Shown in pieces: positions 8,734 through 15,910 of a DNA stretch of 18,637 bases. The stretch lies in assembly GCA_051747585.1 (NCBI GenBank), contig JBNJGH010000067.1, positions 1-18,637 on the forward strand, given 5' to 3'. Numbering within the stretch: the stretch's first letter is position 1; each line of letters begins with the position of its first letter. The stretch is from Candidatus Rifleibacteriota bacterium (GTDB lineage Bacteria > Muiribacteriota > Ozemobacteria > Ozemobacterales > Ozemobacteraceae). Under the pieces are notes generated by a model. The model had not been told where the DNA came from. It did not search any database and was given only the letters and a program-made list of their open reading frames with translations. A program made the position numbers and the translations under genes.

Positions 8734-8762
8734 TAGACCAGGAATTTTAGAAATTTGTCACA
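8734..8762 (-). promoter_or_regulatory. ECF-type promoter copy 3 (TGTGAC-N17-GGTCTA)
   Basis: Minus strand TGTGAC 8762-8757, 17-nt spacer, GGTCTA 8739-8734, upstream of the 697-aa PilX-like gene. Confidence 0.75.
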
Positions 8763-8769
8763 AAATTTT

Positions 8770-9468
8770 TTACTCATCAAAAGTTAAGAGCTGGGGCAAA
8801 AGATTGTTCTGCTCAAGAAAGTCGTATGCGCAACCTATATTGGCAGCTTCTTCAATATTGCGATGAGTGTCGGTTCCGATGCTGAGTTGAACGCCTGCAA
8901 GCAAAGCCGGATCGAGTTCGTTCCAGAACCATTTATTGCGTTCTCCAGATGGAATCTCGAGAGTAATTTTTAACTGTTTCAAAATAGAAAAAAAATCATT
9001 CAAAGGTGTGTGCTTCTGTATTGCTTTTAAATCTGAGTGGGCAAGAATCAGAGGTTTTTCACAGCGGCTCTTATAAGTTTCAAGCTCAGTTAGAGGGGCG
9101 CCTTGAAAACGCGATTCCCCAATGTATTCAAGCAAAACATAATCGAGATCTGTATTGATCTTATGCCATGGAATTTTATCAATGTCTCCTGTCGTTCTAC
9201 GCAGACAGCTGTCTATTTCAACTCCTGCAACCACTTTTATTTGTTCAGAGTAATATTGTTTAAGCTGCTTAAGACAGTGAACATATTTATCCCATAATTT
9301 ATCGAGCCATTGATCATAATTGAATTCGTAATAAACTTTTGAAGTATAAAAATGATCGGATATGCCGATTATTTCAAGATCAGCAGAAATCGCAGTGGTA
9401 ATTATTTCTTCGGGCAAAAAAGCACCATCAGAAAAAAGAGTGTGGTTATGCAGATTCTGTCTGGTCAT
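8770..9468 (-). CDS. PHP-domain metal-dependent phosphoesterase (histidinol-phosphatase/YcdX-like)
   Basis: Motifs NLHNHTLFSDG, IGISDH, AGVE, ILAH and GTDTH. AAGGAG RBS upstream. Confidence 0.88.
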   Translation of the reverse strand: MTRQNLHNHTLFSDGAFLPEEIITTAISADLEIIGISDHFYTSKVYYEFNYDQWLDKLWDKYVHCLKQLKQYYSEQIKVVAGVEIDSCLRRTTGDIDKIPWHKINTDLDYVLLEYIGESRFQGAPLTELETYKSRCEKPLILAHSDLKAIQKHTPLNDFFSILKQLKITLEIPSGERNKWFWNELDPALLAGVQLSIGTDTHRNIEEAANIGCAYDFLEQNNLLPQLLTFDE

Positions 9469-9477
9469 AGACTCCTT

Positions 9478-10017
9478 TTAAATACTATTTTCAAGATTTC
9501 TACAAACTATTAATCTTTTGCTTTTAAATTCTTCATTATTGTCTTCGTCAGATGAAACTGTTATTTCTACCCACATACCGCTTTTACTGCGATTATTAGC
9601 GGGCAGATTAAATTGTAGCTGTCGAAACAGAGCAGATAAATTAAGCCCGCGCCCAAATACATGTTTACTTTGACCGGTTAGACTGTTATCTTCCTGGCGC
9701 TCAAGACCATCTGCCAGCCGGTAAATAATAGTGCTGGTGCTGCCATCCTGGTTGGTAATTTGCCATCGTGCATCTGATTCGGAGTTTTCGATCGCCGGAT
9801 CATTTAAACTGGTGGCTCTCATAAGATCATATTCGATTTGCGACATTATTAAAGCGGCTGTCTGCATATTGGTAAGGTGAGCCATTCCCTTATTCGAGCC
9901 TTTAAGTCCGCCTGCAAACATATTCATAACTACTGCCATAACAATGCTTAAAAGAAGCGCGGCAATACATGCCTCAACAAGAGTGATTCCGCGTTTATAA
10001 ATTCTAGCTTCCTGCAT
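9478..10017 (-). CDS. Type IV prepilin-like protein (PilW/PulJ-like), cassette A
   Basis: YKRG|ITLVEACIAALLLSIVM has Gly-1 and Glu+5. It also contains QIEYDLMRA, like the PilW-type helix. Confidence 0.8.
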   Translation of the reverse strand: MQEARIYKRGITLVEACIAALLLSIVMAVVMNMFAGGLKGSNKGMAHLTNMQTAALIMSQIEYDLMRATSLNDPAIENSESDARWQITNQDGSTSTIIYRLADGLERQEDNSLTGQSKHVFGRGLNLSALFRQLQFNLPANNRSKSGMWVEITVSSDEDNNEEFKSKRLIVCRNLENSI

Positions 10018-10432
10018 TACTTATAACCCCTGTCATTATCAATTCTTCATCTTCGGTTTTTCCTTCGTTCCAGGTAACAGCCACCTTTATCAATTTATAG
10101 GAATATTTCCAATCAACAGGTTTTACCTCTTCTATTGAAACACTTCTGGTAAAAATCTCTTCCATGTCGAGCACAAGCTCTTCTGAGCCTGAATTGAAAG
10201 AAACAGTCGGCACTGATTTCTGGCTCACCGGCTCAAGAAAGGCGTCATTGTAAGCAAGCGAATAAGCATAATCTAAAATATTTGCCGCATGCTGACGAGC
10301 CAGCAAATCATTGCGGTTTTGAATGGTTCCGCTGCTGCTGAACGAAAACATCGTTGTCAGTGGAATCATAACCATTGCCAGGCAAACCACTGCAACTAAA
10401 ATCTCGACAAAAGAAAATGCTTTAATTCTCAT
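10004..10432 (-). CDS. Type IV prepilin-like protein (PilV/PulI-like), cassette A
   Basis: MRIKA|FSFVEILVAVVCLAMVMIPL, with C-terminal FTRSVSIE...KLIKVAVTW. ATGA overlap with the upstream PilX-like gene. Confidence 0.8.
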   Translation of the reverse strand: MRIKAFSFVEILVAVVCLAMVMIPLTTMFSFSSSGTIQNRNDLLARQHAANILDYAYSLAYNDAFLEPVSQKSVPTVSFNSGSEELVLDMEEIFTRSVSIEEVKPVDWKYSYKLIKVAVTWNEGKTEDEELIMTGVISNAGS

Positions 10433-12480
10433 TCTACCAGCTCCGGTTCATCTTTTAATGAAATCATCAGCAAGGGCTTTTCTGACATTGCATCGGAAGA
10501 ACGATCGGGCAGAGCAGCAAGATTTTTAAAATATTTAATTTCTGCTCCACGGGCAGCACTGCTGTTCAAACTGCCATTAGCCAAACGCTGCATTGCTACA
10601 TTTCCATTAATTGTTGGCAGATTGGAATTAGCAGAGCCTGCAAACTTAACCTGCCCCTTACCTGAACCCTGGCCGGCTGCAACCAGAGACACATTCATAT
10701 CTCCGCCGACGCCGCTCGATATTTCTATATTTCCATCGAGAGTAACCAGATGCAGAATAAACTCACCGGTATCAGACCTGATATAATTGCTGATCTGAAT
10801 ATTGCCCTTTTCTAATATAATACCGCCATGACTCTGCAATTGAAGGCCATTTTCAATATCAATGCCTGAATCTGATTTGACATGGAGCCAGCCATTTAAA
10901 TCGAGCTTATTACCATCTAATAAGCCTTCGCTTTTTAATCTATTCAAAAGCTTTTCACCATCACTAAGCTCAATGGTTTTGATCGAGCGGGCGCCGGGAA
11001 TCTGAATTTTATCGAGAATTTCATTCATCTCGTTCAAGCTCGAAACATCAGAAAAAATATTTGAATAAGGATCGGGAATGGCTTCGGCAGTCCCGCTGTC
11101 AACGGCATCACCTTTAATAAAATCATAAAGAGGATCTGAGGCGGAAATAATGCCTGAGTCCATTGGGTCTGGATTCTGATAGTTGGTAATAATATAGCTT
11201 AAAGCTCTATTATAAGGAACCTCAGTCAAACTACTTGCATAATCACTGTTATAGGAATCGAGACCTGGGTTTCCTGCAACATCGCTGAAATGTCCGATAT
11301 CGAAGTCTTCACTGCCTCCCGCGCTAATATCGTCGAGCCTGGCCTGGCTGCCACAAAAAGGCAAAGGCCCGTAAAAATCTGTGCCTTCTTTAAAAGCTTT
11401 GGCACATAGGGTCAGAGAATAAACATCGCCAAAAACAAGAGTAGGCGATTTTATTAGATCGGTACCCATCAGTCTAAAGATTGAGCTTTTTTTAACCTGG
11501 TCTGCAAAACCATCTCTAATAAGCTCATACCAGAATTTGGAAGCCGAATCACTGGTATCATCACATAAACCGGTTTCCCAGTTCAATAATGCCATATCTC
11601 CGATGTAGCCTGTTGTGTAAAGCCCATCGCCTCGGCCTTCGGCCAGTAAGTGAAAGCCTTCGCCGTATTCTCCCGGTATATTCCAGCCCCGGCAGTTACC
11701 CAGAACTATTTTTCCACCGCCCATATAGACCAATCCCAATGGCGAATTGATAATTTCGGAAAATCTGGCGGGAAAGCTTGAACTACCTGAATTGCCGTTA
11801 TCAAGAACCCAGGGTCGATAATCTGAACTTTTGAGTTTTCCGTACATGTCGTTAGTTACCAGGTTAAACCTTTCGGCTTCGTCTCCGCACAAAGCATCAT
11901 TTACGTAAAGAGTAAACCTGGACAGAACGGGTATGAGATTGGCAACAACTTTTACCTGAAGGGCATAAACATAATTTTCTTCGATCATATCTTTCGAGCC
12001 TGGCGCCTGATAGCTTATATCAACGGGAATCAAAATTTTGCCCGTTTTTTCTCTGGGGTAAGCCTCTATTAGCGGAGAAAAGTTCTCTTTTCTAATCACC
12101 CAGGAAACATCCGCACTGAGATTATTTAAACTTGCATTGCCTTCAAAAAGCTTGTTTTTGACTGCTGCCAGTTTGCCGACAAATTCTATATTGCCGCTGA
12201 GCTCCTCTTCAAGTTCCTCTACAGGGCGCTCTAACTGTTTAAAAAGATCGCCATCATTCTTTTTCAGCTCTATTTCTTTTAAATAATGAGCTGCGAGGGT
12301 AGCCAGAGAATAAGACAACTCACGGGCAAAAAAGCTTTTGTTTAGCCTGCCCGTGGAGTGTCTTCTACTGGTGGTATATTTTAGAAAACCGCCAAAGAAA
12401 AGAAACAGAGCCATTATTACAGCTCCGACTATGAACAGTGCGCTTCCCTTTCTTTTTCGCGGGGAGTTAGAAACTTTCAT
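10429..12480 (-). CDS. Large PilX/GspK-like prepilin protein (683 aa), cassette A
   Basis: RKRKG|SALFIVGAVIMALFLFF has no Glu+5. It shares several blocks with the 697-aa protein (FTLYV, SPTLVFGDV, GEGFH, LDGNI). Confidence 0.72.
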   Translation of the reverse strand: MKVSNSPRKRKGSALFIVGAVIMALFLFFGGFLKYTTSRRHSTGRLNKSFFARELSYSLATLAAHYLKEIELKKNDGDLFKQLERPVEELEEELSGNIEFVGKLAAVKNKLFEGNASLNNLSADVSWVIRKENFSPLIEAYPREKTGKILIPVDISYQAPGSKDMIEENYVYALQVKVVANLIPVLSRFTLYVNDALCGDEAERFNLVTNDMYGKLKSSDYRPWVLDNGNSGSSSFPARFSEIINSPLGLVYMGGGKIVLGNCRGWNIPGEYGEGFHLLAEGRGDGLYTTGYIGDMALLNWETGLCDDTSDSASKFWYELIRDGFADQVKKSSIFRLMGTDLIKSPTLVFGDVYSLTLCAKAFKEGTDFYGPLPFCGSQARLDDISAGGSEDFDIGHFSDVAGNPGLDSYNSDYASSLTEVPYNRALSYIITNYQNPDPMDSGIISASDPLYDFIKGDAVDSGTAEAIPDPYSNIFSDVSSLNEMNEILDKIQIPGARSIKTIELSDGEKLLNRLKSEGLLDGNKLDLNGWLHVKSDSGIDIENGLQLQSHGGIILEKGNIQISNYIRSDTGEFILHLVTLDGNIEISSGVGGDMNVSLVAAGQGSGKGQVKFAGSANSNLPTINGNVAMQRLANGSLNSSAARGAEIKYFKNLAALPDRSSDAMSEKPLLMISLKDEPELVE

Positions 12481-12485
12481 TTAAT

Positions 12486-12839
12486 TTATCTTGTATCGGG
12501 ATCTACTACTGATAAAGTGGGCATGAACCTTTTAGTTGCGTTTTTTTCTGCTTCAGGATCATCTACTTCATCATAATCAGTAACTTTAACATAAGCCGAA
12601 TGAACGTAAACACCGGTTCTGCCATCGACATTTACTTCATACCAGTTGCCTGAAAAACCGGTAATAGTTACAACCGTACCTTGTGGCACGGTTTGCAACA
12701 CATCATAGCTCATGCCAGGCCCTTCTCTTACGTTTAAGGCACTAGCCGTGGTTTCGCCTTTTGAAGGCATTTTCACCGCATATAAAAAAGATGAGCCCAC
12801 CAGTAAAAGTAATATTAGCAATAAAAAAATCTTTTTCAC
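12486..12839 (-). CDS. Secreted SH3b (bacterial SH3) domain protein
   Basis: The likely start is GTG 12839 with an AGGAG RBS (MKKIFLLLILLLLVGSSFLYA). SH3b motif ALNVREGPG...GNWYEV...YVHSAYV. Confidence 0.85.
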   Translation of the reverse strand: MKKIFLLLILLLLVGSSFLYAVKMPSKGETTASALNVREGPGMSYDVLQTVPQGTVVTITGFSGNWYEVNVDGRTGVYVHSAYVKVTDYDEVDDPEAEKNATKRFMPTLSVVDPDTR

Positions 12840-12862
12840 TGAGGTTCTCCTGGTTTTAAAGT

Positions 12863-13816
12863 TCAAGGCATTTTGAATGAACGAATTTTAAACTGGCCAT
12901 CAGGCGCTTCGGCATAATTTGCATCGCCCAGCCAGACATTATTTTGAAATTTATCGATAAAGCGGTTCATAACATAAGGAGGTTTTAAGTCTTTTTTGCC
13001 TTTTATTTCACCGTCGAAGCCAACTCTTGCAATTGTAAATTTCTTAACATGCTTGCCAGTATCTGAATAAGTCATTATAAATTCCTGTGCGGTTTCATCG
13101 ACCCACCAGAGTTCAGAATTGAAATGTTTGCCAAGATTCAGTTGAACTTCTTTGGTAATAGCCCCGTTTCTGTCGGCAGATACCAGAAAAGAACTCTGGC
13201 TTTCTTCTGTATAGAAAACTCTATATAAAGTGTCTAAATCAGGACAAAGAGCCATTCCTGACCACTGCCACGGCAATTGGAGCCCAAGCTTATGGCTTTC
13301 CGGTTCAAAAGCAAAAATTTTACGTTTCATTTTATCTGCCACATAGATTCGACCACTTGCGCTTATTTCAACTCTGTATGGCTGTGACAGGTTATCAGAA
13401 TCGATAGAAGCAATCTTTTCGCCTTTTTTATTAAACTTCATCAGGCTGTTGGTCATAGAATCTATTACCCAGAATGCCTTAACTTTTTTATCTTCAGTTT
13501 CGAGAGCGATATCTTCGATAATCATGGAAGCCGGTTTCTCGGTAAGTTTTACAGACTCAACCAGCTCATTCTTTTTATTTAAAACAAGTATTTTGCCACC
13601 CATGCTGTCGGCAATATAAAACTTTTCGGCAAAAACCTTAAAAGAGAGTGGACCAAGCGGATAAGGTTCTTCGAAAAATTCGGTATTCCTTTGATTTAGA
13701 AAAGCTACCTGGCCACTTTCTGTTCCGTAATTGAGTGATACCTGAGCAAAAGCAGCGGCTGAAAACAACATATTAACCATAACAAATAAAATAACTGATT
13801 TTCTTATGTTTACCAT
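12863..13816 (-). CDS. Secreted NHL/6-bladed beta-propeller-like protein
   Basis: Signal peptide (..AAAFA|Q) and repeated blades FYIADSMGGKILV, FWVIDSMTNSLMKF and PYRVEISASGRIYVADKMKRKIFAF. Confidence 0.72.
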   Translation of the reverse strand: MVNIRKSVILFVMVNMLFSAAAFAQVSLNYGTESGQVAFLNQRNTEFFEEPYPLGPLSFKVFAEKFYIADSMGGKILVLNKKNELVESVKLTEKPASMIIEDIALETEDKKVKAFWVIDSMTNSLMKFNKKGEKIASIDSDNLSQPYRVEISASGRIYVADKMKRKIFAFEPESHKLGLQLPWQWSGMALCPDLDTLYRVFYTEESQSSFLVSADRNGAITKEVQLNLGKHFNSELWWVDETAQEFIMTYSDTGKHVKKFTIARVGFDGEIKGKKDLKPPYVMNRFIDKFQNNVWLGDANYAEAPDGQFKIRSFKMP

Positions 13817-13830
13817 TATTTAATTTTTCC

Positions 13831-14694
13831 TCACACTTTTCTAAGAACTCGGCAAACCGGTGCATAGGTTGCAGGATGAACTCTGGGCATTCTTCGCGAA
13901 GAAGAGTTACTCATTGCCTGAACATTGTTACCGCTGTTCATTATGATGCCTATATGGGTATCGTTATCGTTGCGACCGTTGCCAGACCTGTCATAAGTGC
14001 GCCAGGTGATAACATCGCCCGACTGGTATGGAGGAACACTTACTTCCTGCCAACCAAGGCCTCTGAGTCTGTCGATAGCATTTAAAACTCCAAGCTGAAT
14101 ACCGGTATTTACACCTGCTGCTTCGAGAGCTGTGGTAACAACCTGAGCACAACCAAGCCGGCCGCCTTTTGTCAAGCTGTCATAAGGGAAAGCCTGGTAG
14201 GAATCATAGCGATTGACGAGATCTTGTGCCGCAGATACAACTTTTTGCTGAACGCTTCCTTTTGCCGGAACATTGACAAACGGAGCACCGCCTGTGTTTG
14301 ACGGACTTGACTCGGTGCCCGCGCCTTTCTGCTGGGAGACATACCAGGAGTGAACATAGGCTACGCCGCCATTATGTTCTATTTTATACCAGTTACCTTC
14401 ACGACCAATAATTCGTACTTTATCGTTATTGTATAAACTGCCGATTATTGTACCCCAAGGGCCGGTTCTAACATTTAACGAAGTGTTGACTCGCACGTAG
14501 CCATAGTCGGGCAAATCTTCATCTGAAGCAGAAGTGCCACTCAGATCAGCTCTTGCCTGAGATGTATCTTCGGTCTCAACAACTTCATCCGATGTATCAT
14601 GCTGGCTAAGAGTTTCATTAAAATTCATAGCAGCAAGATTACCGGCACACATAAAACCTGCAATTAAAAGCACCAGAATTATCGACTTTCTCAT
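13831..14694 (-). CDS. Secreted SH3b plus NlpC/P60-superfamily (papain-like Cys-His) peptidoglycan amidase/peptidase
   Basis: The likely start is ATG 14694 with an AAGGAGA RBS. Signal peptide, SH3b (SLNVRTGP...GNWYKI...YVHSWYV) and a catalytic domain GCAQVVTTAL...GDVITW...THIGII...MSNSS. Confidence 0.8.
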   Translation of the reverse strand: MRKSIILVLLIAGFMCAGNLAAMNFNETLSQHDTSDEVVETEDTSQARADLSGTSASDEDLPDYGYVRVNTSLNVRTGPWGTIIGSLYNNDKVRIIGREGNWYKIEHNGGVAYVHSWYVSQQKGAGTESSPSNTGGAPFVNVPAKGSVQQKVVSAAQDLVNRYDSYQAFPYDSLTKGGRLGCAQVVTTALEAAGVNTGIQLGVLNAIDRLRGLGWQEVSVPPYQSGDVITWRTYDRSGNGRNDNDTHIGIIMNSGNNVQAMSNSSSRRMPRVHPATYAPVCRVLRKV

Positions 14695-14812
14695 CAATTG
14701 TCTCCTTTTTGAGTGTTCCTGCTTAATTATACGCCATAGATGACAAAAAAGTTTTAAAATTTTATAGTTTATTTTGTACAATTAGATAGACCAAATAAAA
14801 AGGGAGAACAAA

Positions 14813-15013
14813 ATGGCCAGGCATGAAGCTCATAACAAGCCTAAAAAAAGAGTGCGCGGGGTAGTAGACAGAATCGAAAATGGAATAGTTGTTGTGGTTA
14901 TAGTCCACCCCGATAATCCTGATGCAACCCGGGAAATCTATGTGCCGATCGAAAAAATAAAAAAACGCGACCTGCACGAAGGCGACAGGGTATCGGTTTT
15001 AATAGATGAATAG
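14813..15013 (+). CDS. Small DUF3006-like protein
   Basis: GGGAGA RBS. GVVDRIENGIVVV...IYVP...LHEGDRV matches the DUF3006 pattern (DRxExxxAV...EGD) as I recall it. Confidence 0.65.
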   Translation: MARHEAHNKPKKRVRGVVDRIENGIVVVVIVHPDNPDATREIYVPIEKIKKRDLHEGDRVSVLIDE

Positions 15014-15156
15014 ATGTTGGGTGGATGATTGTAAGAAGAGGCGCAGAAAAAGATTCTCTGAAAACTCTGTGGTTAATTCCTTTGAGGCTTGGTGTGAGGC
15101 GAATTCTTTTCTGAAACCAACTGATGGTCGCTGACCGAAAATTGCTACAGGGGACC

Positions 15157-15185
15157 TTGATTTTTTACGCACCGTAGCGTATAAT
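15157..15185 (+). promoter_or_regulatory. sigma70 promoter of the TA operon with overlapping palindromic operator
   Basis: TTGATT (15157-15162), 17-nt spacer, perfect TATAAT (15180-15185). The inverted repeat TACGC-N6-GCGTA (15166-15181) overlaps the spacer and -10. A GGAGG RBS follows. Confidence 0.75.
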
Positions 15186-15203
15186 TGTAGTGGAGGTACA
15201 GAT

Positions 15204-15500
15204 ATGAGTTCTTCGTCTTCACATGTTCGGCACGGCGTTTACTTACCGGTCGAGTTGCTTAATCAGTTGCGAATTGTTGCTGCCAGCGAAAAGAAATCGA
15301 TAAACAAGCAAATCGAAACTATTATTCGTGAGTGGCTGGCAAAAGAGAAAAAAAGCATAAAGCTTTCCAGAGATGATCTGTTACAGTTGCCTCCTGAAGT
15401 TAGAGAAAGCATTCTGCACCTGCAAGCAAAAAAAATGAAAGACTATTATAAAAACAACGACGAATTCGCTGGTTCTGAGGCTGACTTGTATGAATACTGA
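15204..15500 (+). CDS. Antitoxin, ribbon-helix-helix (Arc/CopG-like) with acidic C-terminal tail
   Basis: HGVYLPVELLNQLRIVAASEKKSINKQIETIIREWL fits an RHH pattern. It overlaps the toxin start. Confidence 0.75.
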   Translation: MSSSSSHVRHGVYLPVELLNQLRIVAASEKKSINKQIETIIREWLAKEKKSIKLSRDDLLQLPPEVRESILHLQAKKMKDYYKNNDEFAGSEADLYEY

Positions 15501-15852
15501 GCCTGTTCTACCGGCGCGTGGTGAAATCTGGCTGATAAACTTCGACCCTACTATTGGAGCTGAAATAAAAAAGACTCGCCCGGCATTGATTTTAAGTATC
15601 AATTCTCTGGGAATTCTTCCCTTAAAACTAGTTGTACCTATTACCGGGTGGCGCAACGAATTCTTAGACAATGCATGGCACATTTTTCTAGGTGCAGATG
15701 AACAAAATGGTCTGCAAAAAAATTCAGCCCTGGATCTTCTGCAAATTAAAAGTATAGATGAAAGGCGATTGGTGAAACGCCTTGGCTCGGTTGACAGCGA
15801 AACCCTTTCTGAGGCGTTAAAAGCTCTTCTTATAGTGGTGGGTTACCAATAA
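15490..15852 (+). CDS. mazF: MazF/PemK family endoribonuclease toxin (type II TA)
   Basis: RGEIWLINFDPTIGAEIKKTRPALILS, VVPIT, NGLQKNS and QIKSIDERRL are canonical PemK/MazF motifs. Confidence 0.92.
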   Translation: MNTEPVLPARGEIWLINFDPTIGAEIKKTRPALILSINSLGILPLKLVVPITGWRNEFLDNAWHIFLGADEQNGLQKNSALDLLQIKSIDERRLVKRLGSVDSETLSEALKALLIVVGYQ

Positions 15853-15910
15853 CTTTTCGGATTTCAATGAAGTTAACTCGAAAAAATTAGAAATTATACA
15901 GGAGAGGTCA

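Noticed and set aside
4987..8762. TGTGA as CRP/FNR sites, or plus-strand TGTCACA as ECF41 promoters
   Set aside because: There is no TCACA half-site 6 nt downstream and no conserved CGTC at N16 on the plus strand. The conserved second element exists only in the minus orientation.
910..14781. Longer N-termini given in the ORF track (starts 966, 1343, 6073, 12866, 14781)
   Set aside because: Downstream starts (909, 1328, 5998, 12839, 14694) have an RBS or ATGA coupling, or place the signal/ZAS motifs at the N-terminus.
14787..14815. GGTCTA (minus strand) upstream of the SH3b-hydrolase operon as a fourth ECF promoter
   Set aside because: There is no TGTGAC 17 nt upstream, so cassette A does not appear to carry the motif.
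8500..14977. Short ORFs 8500-8688, 9103-9297, 10323-10529, 13876-14085, 14172-14357 and 14762-14977
   Set aside because: They overlap better-supported genes antisense or out of frame and have no motifs.
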